This document shows positions 27,166-35,448 of a DNA stretch of 64,000 nt, one piece after another. The notes below the pieces were generated by a model, which was given only the letters and a program-made list of their open reading frames with translations, ran no database searches and was not told the origin of the DNA. Each line of letters opens with the position of its first letter. Positions within the stretch are counted from its first letter, which is position 1. The translations under genes and the position numbers were made by a program. The DNA is from Synergistaceae bacterium (GTDB lineage: Bacteria; Synergistota; Synergistia; Synergistales; Synergistaceae): assembly GCA_031263445.1 (NCBI GenBank), contig JAISFV010000186.1, positions 321 through 64,320 on the forward strand, written 5' to 3'.

Positions 27166-27795
27166 CTAACGCGGCCAGAAAGGGTTGAGCCGCCTTTCCT
27201 CCCCGATGGTCGTGTCCGGGCCGTGGCCCGGGTAAACCGCGAGGGAGTCTGACAGCGGCACGAGTTTCCCGAGCGACCTGTAGAGTTCTTCCTCGTCGCC
27301 GCCGGGGAGGTCGGTACGGCCTACGCTGCGGGCAAAGAGAGTGTCTCCTGAGATTAAGAGCTCCTGATCGCCCTCGGTGATATAAAAGCAGCAGCAGCCA
27401 GGCGTGTGTCCCGGGGTGTGGATGACCCTCACGCTCATTGAGCCAGCCTCAATCACATCCCCGTCCGACAATACGCGGTCGGCCGAGCTGACGCTGACCG
27501 GGCTCCCCATGGCGAACGAGAGGTTTTTATGGCTGTCGGTGAGGCACTGCGCGTCGCCCGAGTGGATGGCGACACCTTCAGAGGCGAGCGGGCTTATCTC
27601 CGGCAGACCGTATATATGGTCGCCGTGTCCGTGCGTCACCAGTATCCGCTTCAAACTGAGACCGTTGTCACGCAGGAATGCGCGCACTTCGTCCATCGGC
27701 CCGCCTGGATCCACCACGATAGCGTCCTTCGCGTCCGAGTAGACCACATAGCAGTTCGTCCAGTAAACGCCCACGGCAAATCTTTTTACCTTCAA
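27166..27795 (-). CDS. MBL-fold metallo-hydrolase (glyoxalase II-like)
   Basis: THGHGDH motif, HTPGHTPG, and a C-terminal PGHG. Confidence 0.85.
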   Translation of the reverse strand: MKVKRFAVGVYWTNCYVVYSDAKDAIVVDPGGPMDEVRAFLRDNGLSLKRILVTHGHGDHIYGLPEISPLASEGVAIHSGDAQCLTDSHKNLSFAMGSPVSVSSADRVLSDGDVIEAGSMSVRVIHTPGHTPGCCCFYITEGDQELLISGDTLFARSVGRTDLPGGDEEELYRSLGKLVPLSDSLAVYPGHGPDTTIGEERRLNPFWPR

Positions 27796-27818
27796 GGAAA
27801 TCCCCCCGCCAACCGTTC

Positions 27819-28286
27819 TCAGTTAATGTATTCAGTAGAGTCCAGGATTATCGTCACCGGCCCCTCGTTTGTTATCTCCAGCTTCATGACCGCCCCAAAC
27901 TCACCACACGCGACCTCTACGCCTAGCACTTCGAGGCAGCCCACGAAACGCCCGTATAGCTCTCTGCCCAATTCCGCCGGCGCGGCCCCGGTGAAAGACG
28001 GACGCCTGCCCTTCTTGCAGTCGGCGAAGAGCGTGAACTGGGAGACCGCGAGCACTGCGCCAGACACCTCCAAGAGCGAATGGTTCATCCGCCCGTCATC
28101 ATCAGTATCGGAAGGACTGCCGAAAATCCTTAGATTTGCGACTTTAAGCGCCAGCTTCTCCGCGTCCGCCTCGGTGTCCTCAGGGGCGACGCCTATCAGG
28201 AGACACAGCCCGCGCCCTATCTGCCCGGTCACCCTGCCGCGGACGCGGACGCTCGCCTGTGAGACCCGCTGGGCTACCACCCTCAT
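27819..28286 (-). CDS. dtd: D-aminoacyl-tRNA deacylase
   Basis: MRVVAQRV start, SQFTLFADCKKGRRPSF and NEGPVT motifs. Confidence 0.9.
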   Translation of the reverse strand: MRVVAQRVSQASVRVRGRVTGQIGRGLCLLIGVAPEDTEADAEKLALKVANLRIFGSPSDTDDDGRMNHSLLEVSGAVLAVSQFTLFADCKKGRRPSFTGAAPAELGRELYGRFVGCLEVLGVEVACGEFGAVMKLEITNEGPVTIILDSTEYIN

Positions 28287-28290
28287 CGCA

Positions 28291-30615
28291 TCAGCCCCTC
28301 GTTATCTCTATCATGCCGTTGATGCAGTTGATCCTGGCGATCACGCGATACAGGTGTTCCAGATCCCACACCTGCAGATCTATCAGGAACCTCGTCCGAG
28401 CGCCGTTCACGACGTGGCCGCGGATGTTGACTATTTGCCCGTCCGTCTGGCTGATCGCCTGCCCGAGGTCCGCGAAGACCCCCGCCCTGTCGCTCGCCTC
28501 GACGTGAATCCGGGCGGTGTACCGGATGGACTGCTTTTGCCCCCACGTCACGGGGATCCTCATATCATCCCGGATGCGCTCGAGGTTGAGGCAATCGCTC
28601 CTGTGTACCGTTATGCCCCTGCTTTGCGTCACCACGCCCACGATCTTGTCGCCAGGGACGGCGCAGCAACACATGGCCAGAGCCACCAGCACCCCGTCCG
28701 CCCCCTCGACCACCACCGCCGAATCGGATTCCTTCGTCGGTTTCGCGGGCTTAGGCAGGTACTTCGGCGCCGCTGCGTCCTCCTTTGACCTGTGACCCTC
28801 GACGCGCGTCATGACGCCGGCGGCCGTCTGGTGCGCGTTCCCGATGGACAGCAGGAGATCGTCCACACCGTTGTAGCCAAGGTCGTTCGACACATGGCTC
28901 AATTGAGAGGTGAAGCTCTCTAGCGAGCGCTCCCCGGACGGGTACCTGCGCGCGATCTCGCGTTCGAGGAGGTCGCGCCCGCGCTCTGTCTTCTCCTCCC
29001 TCTCGGCTCTGTCGATCTGCCTGAAGTATGACCTTATCTTGTTCCTCGTCCTGTTCGACTTGGCGATCTTGAGCCAGTCGCGCGAGGGTTTGCCCTGGGG
29101 GGACGTGAGTATGCGCACGATGTCGCCGTTCTGGAGCGTGTAGTCCATCGGCACGATGCGCCCGTTCACCATCGCGCCGACGCACTTATGCCCGATCTGC
29201 GTGTGCACGGAGTACGCGAAGTCGATGGGCGTCGAGCCGTTCGGGACGGATATCACCTTGCCCTGCGGCGTAAAGACGAAGACCTCCGTCGTGAGCACAT
29301 CCGTCTTGATGTGATCGAGGAACTCCGACGGCTCGGACGACTCGCCCTGCCCTTCGAGCGCCTTGCGTATCCACGAGAGCTTTATGTCGAGGTCGCTCAC
29401 CTTCGCGGCGTTTTCCTTGTACTGCCAGTGCGCCGCGATCCCGTACTCCGCGAGGCGGTGCATCTCCCACGTCCGGATCTGCACCTCGAGCGGTTCGCCG
29501 TTCGGCCCAACGACAGTCGTGTGGAGGGACTGGTACATGTTGCCCTTGGGGTTCGCGATATAGTCGTCGAACTGGCCCGGTATCGGCTTCCATATGGTGT
29601 GTACGATGCCCAGCACCTGATAGCACTCCCCCAGCGTGTTCAGGATGACGCGCATCGCCAAGAGGTCGTATATCTGATCCAGCGATAGGTTCTTCCTGTT
29701 CATCTTCTCGTAGATGCTGTAATAGTGCTTGGGCCGCCCGCTGATCTGCGCAGACATCCCATCCTGACTGAGGCGTTCGTTCAGGATTTCTATGCCCTTC
29801 TTTATGACGTTCTCGCTCTCAGGCATCTTCTTGCGCACCCTGCGGCGGATGTCGTAGTACGTCTCAGGGTCGATGACGCGGAAAGACAGATCCTCCAGCT
29901 CGCGCTTTATGTGGTAGATGCCGAGGCGGTGCGCCAGCGGCGCGTATATTTCAAGCGTCTCCCGCGCGATGGATATCTGCTTCTCGCGCCTGTGCGCCTG
30001 AATCGTGTTCATGTTGTGCAGACGGTCCGCGAGCTTTATGAGGACCACTCGGATGTCCTTCGCCATTACGAGGAACATCTTCCTCAAATTCTCCGCCTGA
30101 TAGTCGACTACGTTCTGGAAAGGCAGCCTGCCGAGCTTCGTGACCCCGCCTACCAGCGTGGCCACGTCGTCGCCGAACCGCTCGCTGATGTCGCCCTCGC
30201 TGACGTCCGTGTCCTCAATGACGTCATGGAGCAGCGCGGCCTCCAGCGTCGGGGTGTCAAGCTGCATGTCGGAGAGGACGGAGGCCGCCCCCAGCGTATG
30301 GACGATGTAAGGGTCGCCGCTGTAACGCCGCTGCGGGCTATGGGCCTCCGCCGCGTAGACGAACGCGTCGCCTACCCGCATGAGATCCTCTTTCTGCAGG
30401 TACCGCGACGACCTCGCCCATAGCTCCTGCCAGGCTATGCGGACGCTCGAAACGCGCTGATCCTCCGGGATGCGTCCGATATAGCTCTCCATCAGGGCGC
30501 GCATCGAGCGGTTCACGCTGACCGACAGCGCCGCCTTGACCTCCGGCCTCAGGAGCTTTTTTTCCTGGTCTTCTTTGGCTTTAAGGTTGGTAAACTTGTC
30601 GCTTGCGGCGTCCAT
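28291..30615 (-). CDS. rel: Bifunctional (p)ppGpp synthetase/hydrolase (RelA/SpoT homolog)
   Basis: HD domain (HDVIEDT), synthetase core (YQSLHTTV), and TGS and ACT regions; 774 aa. Confidence 0.95.
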   Translation of the reverse strand: MDAASDKFTNLKAKEDQEKKLLRPEVKAALSVSVNRSMRALMESYIGRIPEDQRVSSVRIAWQELWARSSRYLQKEDLMRVGDAFVYAAEAHSPQRRYSGDPYIVHTLGAASVLSDMQLDTPTLEAALLHDVIEDTDVSEGDISERFGDDVATLVGGVTKLGRLPFQNVVDYQAENLRKMFLVMAKDIRVVLIKLADRLHNMNTIQAHRREKQISIARETLEIYAPLAHRLGIYHIKRELEDLSFRVIDPETYYDIRRRVRKKMPESENVIKKGIEILNERLSQDGMSAQISGRPKHYYSIYEKMNRKNLSLDQIYDLLAMRVILNTLGECYQVLGIVHTIWKPIPGQFDDYIANPKGNMYQSLHTTVVGPNGEPLEVQIRTWEMHRLAEYGIAAHWQYKENAAKVSDLDIKLSWIRKALEGQGESSEPSEFLDHIKTDVLTTEVFVFTPQGKVISVPNGSTPIDFAYSVHTQIGHKCVGAMVNGRIVPMDYTLQNGDIVRILTSPQGKPSRDWLKIAKSNRTRNKIRSYFRQIDRAEREEKTERGRDLLEREIARRYPSGERSLESFTSQLSHVSNDLGYNGVDDLLLSIGNAHQTAAGVMTRVEGHRSKEDAAAPKYLPKPAKPTKESDSAVVVEGADGVLVALAMCCCAVPGDKIVGVVTQSRGITVHRSDCLNLERIRDDMRIPVTWGQKQSIRYTARIHVEASDRAGVFADLGQAISQTDGQIVNIRGHVVNGARTRFLIDLQVWDLEHLYRVIARINCINGMIEITRG

Positions 30616-30618
30616 TGC

Positions 30619-32298
30619 CTAAGGACCGCTGACTACTACCCTTTCCAGCACGAGCTGAAGGCTCTCAGAGAACCTCCAGAAATTGATGCGCGGCTTGTAC
30701 ACCCACCCGGACGGAGAAAAGTCGGAGTAGAGCAGATGTTCCGCGCTGAACCCCAGTATCTCCCGGCCCTCGACGAATATGCGTATGTGGTTGCCCTTCC
30801 TGCCCAGCGGCTCGGCGTTTATACGGCCCTTGTTCGCGCAGAAGAGCCTCGGGTGGGGGTTCCCGACGCCGAAGGGCCCGAGGCGCTCGGCGTCCTTCCA
30901 TGCCGCTATGTCGAGCTCGGCCGGGGACCAGTAGAGGATATCCTCCTTCTCGTCTGACGCCTTGGCGTCCGAGAGCAGCGCCTCCAGCTTGTCGCGCACT
31001 TCCTCCCATTTCTCGGCTTCCACGCTGAACCCGGCCGCCATTCTGTGGCCGCCCCAGCTCGCCAGGTCGTCCGAGAGCGTTGACAGGATGGCTTCGGCGT
31101 CGACTCCGGCCGGCACCCTCAGCGTGCCGCGGACCAGCGGCGGCTGGGCTGGCGCGGCAAGCACAATGGGCACGTCGCGCGCCGCGCAGACGTGGCTCGC
31201 AACGCTGCTCAGGACGCCGGCGGGCCAGTCCTTGCCGAAGAGGACGTGCTTGTATCGTGCGTTGCTGCTGATGCCGGTGTCGACGTCGTTTATGATCTTG
31301 GAGGACAGATCCCTCCTGCGTTTGTTGAGGTCGATGAGCTTCCACGCGTGTTCCTCGACGCCGCCCTTCGGGAAAAAGAGCTTCATGGCGAGGTCGGCGA
31401 GCTCCAGCCGCCCGGCCGCGTTGAGGCATGGGATTATCCTCATCGCCAGAGAATCGCTGTCGATCGACGCGGGATCCAGATCCATCCCGCGCATCAGCGC
31501 ATAGAGCCCCTCCCTGGGGGAGCTGCGCATTGCGGCGATCCCCTCCCTCACTATCGCCCTGTTGAGCGGCGATGACATGGGGACACAGTCGGCAACGGTC
31601 GCGAGCGCCGTCAGGTCGAGGCGCTTCAAGAGCCAGTCGCGTGGCGCGATCTCGTTCTTCCACGCCCAGCTCCACACTACCCCTGCGGCGCAGAGATCTC
31701 GCGAGAGCTCATTGCCGTCCACGTGCGGGTTTATCAGGGCGTCGCACGAGGCGAGTTTCTCTCGCGCGAGGTGATGGTCGAATATCAGGACCGGTATCCC
31801 GCAGGATTTCGCCTCAAGGGCCGCCTCCGCGTTCTGAGTGCCGCAGTCCACCACAACCAGGAGGTCGCACTTACACCCCAGGCCCGCGATCGCCTTCACG
31901 ACGCTGGGATGGAAGCCGTAACCCTGATTGTACCTGTGAGGGATGTAGTAGCGGACGCGGGCGCCCTTGAGCAGGGCCAGCTCCATCATGAAAGAAGTAG
32001 ATGATATGCCGTCCACGTCGTAGTCCCCGTAAACTACGACATTGTCGCCCTCCTTTATGCCGGCCCAGATGTCGCAAGCCTTTTTCGAGTCAGCGCCCAG
32101 CTCCGCGCTGTCGAGCCAGCCGGCCAGATCCGGGGTTATCCATTTTTCGCGCTCGCTCAAAGCAGCGTCAGCGTCCACGCCGCGCATCCACAGGAGCGAC
32201 GCCATGAACGACGAGCAGTTGAGCTTCCGGGCCATTTGCTCCATTGACTCGTCCGGCGCCCACACCCTCAGCTTTTCTTCAGGACATGACGCGATCAA
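30619..32298 (-). CDS. recJ: Single-stranded-DNA-specific exonuclease RecJ
   Basis: DHH motifs (GDYDVDG, VVDCG, FDHH) and a GGHRMAAG DHHA1 motif. Confidence 0.9.
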   Translation of the reverse strand: MIASCPEEKLRVWAPDESMEQMARKLNCSSFMASLLWMRGVDADAALSEREKWITPDLAGWLDSAELGADSKKACDIWAGIKEGDNVVVYGDYDVDGISSTSFMMELALLKGARVRYYIPHRYNQGYGFHPSVVKAIAGLGCKCDLLVVVDCGTQNAEAALEAKSCGIPVLIFDHHLAREKLASCDALINPHVDGNELSRDLCAAGVVWSWAWKNEIAPRDWLLKRLDLTALATVADCVPMSSPLNRAIVREGIAAMRSSPREGLYALMRGMDLDPASIDSDSLAMRIIPCLNAAGRLELADLAMKLFFPKGGVEEHAWKLIDLNKRRRDLSSKIINDVDTGISSNARYKHVLFGKDWPAGVLSSVASHVCAARDVPIVLAAPAQPPLVRGTLRVPAGVDAEAILSTLSDDLASWGGHRMAAGFSVEAEKWEEVRDKLEALLSDAKASDEKEDILYWSPAELDIAAWKDAERLGPFGVGNPHPRLFCANKGRINAEPLGRKGNHIRIFVEGREILGFSAEHLLYSDFSPSGWVYKPRINFWRFSESLQLVLERVVVSGP

Positions 32299-32711
32299 GC
32301 TGATACAGTCCCCTTATCCTCCGATACGGCCTCCGGGGCAGCGTCTGGAGACGTGGCAGGCGTAGGTTCAGGCGTGACTTGCAGCGCCGGCGAAGCGGCT
32401 TGCGAGGGAGCCAGGTTGTTGAACGCGGACAAGAGGGATTTCTTCTCCTCCTCCAGCCCGGCGATCTTGAGGTCGCGCTCCTTTATCTTGGCCCTGTATT
32501 TGGCGCGCACCTCGAGCGACGCGACAATCGAGAAGATCCACATCAGGAGGACCCCGGCTGAAAAGAGGAGCGCCTCCCACACACCCTGCGGAAAAGACCG
32601 CTCGAACATAAGAAACTTCACATAGACGTCTGCCGCGTTCTGGAAAGCGTATACAGCCGAGAGCAACACGGAAAATGCAATGGCTAAGATATAAGTAAGC
32701 AAAAAAGTCAC
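32295..32711 (-). CDS. LapA-domain (DUF1049) membrane protein with a coiled-coil tail
   Basis: Two N-terminal TM helices followed by a charged helix. GTG start. 4-nt overlap with recJ. Confidence 0.65.
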   Translation of the reverse strand: MTFLLTYILAIAFSVLLSAVYAFQNAADVYVKFLMFERSFPQGVWEALLFSAGVLLMWIFSIVASLEVRAKYRAKIKERDLKIAGLEEEKKSLLSAFNNLAPSQAASPALQVTPEPTPATSPDAAPEAVSEDKGTVSA

Positions 32712-32888
32712 TCCCCTCTTAAATTTTATTACCGCTGATTATATCACACGCGTGCCGTATTCAAGCTCGCGTATGCCGCGCTGCGGGAATAGAAACGGCC
32801 CGGGCGGGAAAAGAAAAAACGCTATTGCGGATTGCAGGATATTTGCTATCATCTATTATAGATAGTATGTATGTATAATGAAATGATA

Positions 32889-32986
32889 ATTTACTGTCAG
32901 GTGCCTAAAGGGTAAGGCCTCAAGCCCCTGCGGGTTTGCCTTCTGTAAACTGCAAAATGTCGTTTGGTCAGATTAATCAGCGCTTC
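32889..32986 (+). repeat. Intergenic repeat family, copy G (in the 5' leader of the permease gene)
   Basis: TTTACTGTCAGG, GTGCCTAAAGGG, CCTTCTGTAAACTGCAAAATGTCG and AGATTAATCAGCGCTTC. Preceded by TATAAT at 32874-32879. Confidence 0.6.
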
Positions 32987-33055
32987 ATTGATCAGCGATC
33001 GCTTAAAACTGCTCACGCTCTGGTGGGCGTTCACACAAATTTGGAGGTGCGGTCA

Positions 33056-34438
33056 ATGGGGAAAAAGAAGGTCATCTATGGCATTGAGGATCGTCCGAAG
33101 CTGGGGGTCGCAATACTGGCAGGGGCGCAGCATGTCCTCACGCTCTTCGGCGCCACTACGCTGGTGCCGCTGATAGTAGGCCCGGCCATGAACATGTCGC
33201 CGCTTCAGATAGCCGCCTTTATCGGGTGCGTCTATTTCGGCATGGGGATTGCCACGCTGATCCAGGTGTGGCCCAAAACGGGTTCTGGGCTGCCTATCGT
33301 GCAGGGTTCCAGCTTCAGCTTCATCCCTCCCATCATCACCATAGTGGGCATTTATCAGTCGCAGGGGCCGGAAGTCATAATGCAGCACGTCGGCGGGGCG
33401 CTCATAATCGGCGGCGTGACGCTCGGCATCATCGGCTACACGGGTCTGGTCGGAAAGATCAAGCGCGCGATAACTCCCGTTGTAATCGGCCCTACGATAA
33501 TGGCCATAGGCTTTTCGCTTGCAGGGACGGCGATCAGTTCCGCCTCGACGTTCTGGCCCGTGTCGCTCCTAGTCGTCGTGCTAGTGTTCTATTTCAGCCT
33601 GGTCAGCAAAAACAGGTTTTTCAACATATTCGCGATACTGGCCGCCATCATGATCTCCTATCTCGTCTGCCTCGCCGGCTCGCTGGCAGGGTTCTTTCCC
33701 GAAGGGCACGCCGCGTTCGTCAACTTATCGCAGGTCGCCTCCGCCGAGTGGCTCAGGACCGACATATTCATCCCGTGGGGGCCGCCGCGCTTTTCGGTAG
33801 AGGCCGCAGGCGCGATAGCCGCCGGCTTCCTCTGTGTGATGATCGAGTCGATCGGTGACTACCACTCCTGCGCGTTCGCCGCCGGCATCGACGACCCCAC
33901 CGAGCGGCAGGTGAGCAAGGGTATCGGCGCAGAGGGGATAAACTGCGCCGTCTCGGGCCTCCTGGGTTCCGTCGGGACGACGTCCTACACAGAAAACATC
34001 GGCCTCATCGGGCTCACAGGGGTGGCGAGCCGCTACGTCGTCATGATAGGCGCCGTGATACTCATCGTCATGTCGTTCATCGGGAAGCTGGGCGCGCTCG
34101 TCGCCACAATGCCGAACCCGGTGATCGGGGGGGCCTACATAACTCTCTTCGGGACAATAGGCGCCCTTGGCATACAAAACCTGATGCGGGCGGACATCGG
34201 CAGCCAGAGGAACATACTCATCGTGGGCTTTGCCTTCCTCATGTCACAGGGGCTGCCCGTATGGGTGGGAGAGAACCAGGCAGTATTCACGTCGTATCTG
34301 GGCGAAGTGGCCGGCAAGACGGTATGGGCGATCCTCAACACGCAGATGGCCGTTGCTGCCATCTGCGCCATCCTCTGCGACTCTGTCATACCAGGCACGC
34401 CAGAGGAGAGGGGCATTGCGCCGCGCAGCGGCGAATAA
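33056..34438 (+). CDS. Nucleobase:cation symporter-2 (xanthine/uracil permease family)
   Basis: Polytopic protein with NCS2-type sequence (GAQHVLTLFGATTLVPL, ENIGLIGLTGV). ATG 33056 with a GGAGGTG RBS. The track ORF from 32936 is an in-frame upstream extension. Confidence 0.85.
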   Translation: MGKKKVIYGIEDRPKLGVAILAGAQHVLTLFGATTLVPLIVGPAMNMSPLQIAAFIGCVYFGMGIATLIQVWPKTGSGLPIVQGSSFSFIPPIITIVGIYQSQGPEVIMQHVGGALIIGGVTLGIIGYTGLVGKIKRAITPVVIGPTIMAIGFSLAGTAISSASTFWPVSLLVVVLVFYFSLVSKNRFFNIFAILAAIMISYLVCLAGSLAGFFPEGHAAFVNLSQVASAEWLRTDIFIPWGPPRFSVEAAGAIAAGFLCVMIESIGDYHSCAFAAGIDDPTERQVSKGIGAEGINCAVSGLLGSVGTTSYTENIGLIGLTGVASRYVVMIGAVILIVMSFIGKLGALVATMPNPVIGGAYITLFGTIGALGIQNLMRADIGSQRNILIVGFAFLMSQGLPVWVGENQAVFTSYLGEVAGKTVWAILNTQMAVAAICAILCDSVIPGTPEERGIAPRSGE

Positions 34439-34456
34439 CGGGAGGTGTTCGAACCA

Positions 34457-35407
34457 ATGATAGACAGCTATCTTGCGGAAGGCGAAAAGAAATTACAGGA
34501 GAAGGGCGTCGTGAGCAGATACGGCGCGAACCGCGGCAACTCGTTGCGCATAACCAGGGACTATCTCGATTCTATACTGATCGAGATGCGCGTGATCGAT
34601 TCCCCCCTTGCCTCGACTGAATTTAAGCTTTTTGGCGAAACCTTCGCCTCTCCCGTAATGACCGCCGCGCTCTCAGGGCTTAAAGAAATTCACCCCGACG
34701 GAATGGTAGAGGTCGCGCGAGGCGCGGCTGCCGCAAAGGCCGTGATGTGGACGGGTATCGGGGATGACAGCGAATTAACGGCCATTGCCAAAACAGGGGC
34801 GAGGGCGATTAAAATAATAAAGCCATACGCGGACGACGACCTGATCTATCGTAAAATAAAGCTGTCCGAGAAGCTGGGCCTGCTTGCGGTCGGCATGGAT
34901 GTGGACTTCGTGTTCGGCGGGAAGAAAAAAAGAGGCTTCGCCCAGGATTTCCCCGTGGGGCCAAAGACATCAGGCGATATTAAAAATTTTGTAAAAGCGT
35001 CCGGCCTGCCGTTTATCCTGAAGGGAATACTGAGCGAACAGGACGCGGAAAAGGCACTCGAGGCCGGGGCGGCCGGCATAATGATCTCCCATCACGGAGG
35101 CTCCGTGCTTGACTACGCAGTCCCGCCCCTCATGATGCTCCCAAAGATAAAAAAAATAGCCGGTGAAAAAATACCGGTATTCGTGGACAGCTCAATCGGA
35201 AGCGGCGCCGACGTCTTTAAGGCGATCGCTCTCGGCGCCGACGCGGCATCCCTTGGAAGGGCCGTCATGGCCGGGCTTGCCGCAGAGGGCGCGGAGGGCG
35301 TCCGTAAGGTCATCGAGGGGGTAAATGAGGACATGAGGGTGATAATGAGCCTAACAGGGGCAGATTCGCCCGGCGCGATAACCCCTGACGTCCTGAAGTT
35401 CCGTTAA
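34457..35407 (+). CDS. FMN-dependent alpha-hydroxy-acid dehydrogenase/oxidase family protein
   Basis: ILKGI, ISHHGGSVLD and DSSIGSGADVFKAIALGA motifs. ATG 34457 (GGGAGGTG RBS) is preferred to GTG 34445. Confidence 0.8.
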   Translation: MIDSYLAEGEKKLQEKGVVSRYGANRGNSLRITRDYLDSILIEMRVIDSPLASTEFKLFGETFASPVMTAALSGLKEIHPDGMVEVARGAAAAKAVMWTGIGDDSELTAIAKTGARAIKIIKPYADDDLIYRKIKLSEKLGLLAVGMDVDFVFGGKKKRGFAQDFPVGPKTSGDIKNFVKASGLPFILKGILSEQDAEKALEAGAAGIMISHHGGSVLDYAVPPLMMLPKIKKIAGEKIPVFVDSSIGSGADVFKAIALGADAASLGRAVMAGLAAEGAEGVRKVIEGVNEDMRVIMSLTGADSPGAITPDVLKFR

Positions 35408-35448
35408 TTTTGCGGCCTAGGCGCTTTTTACGATTGATCAGCGTTTCC

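Noticed and set aside
32936-33055. The upstream in-frame extension of the permease ORF (MPSVNCKMSFGQINQRF...), read as a leader peptide or longer N-terminus.
   Set aside because: The extension is encoded by repeat copy G and has no RBS, while ATG 33056 has a GGAGGTG RBS and gives a normal NCS2 N-terminus.
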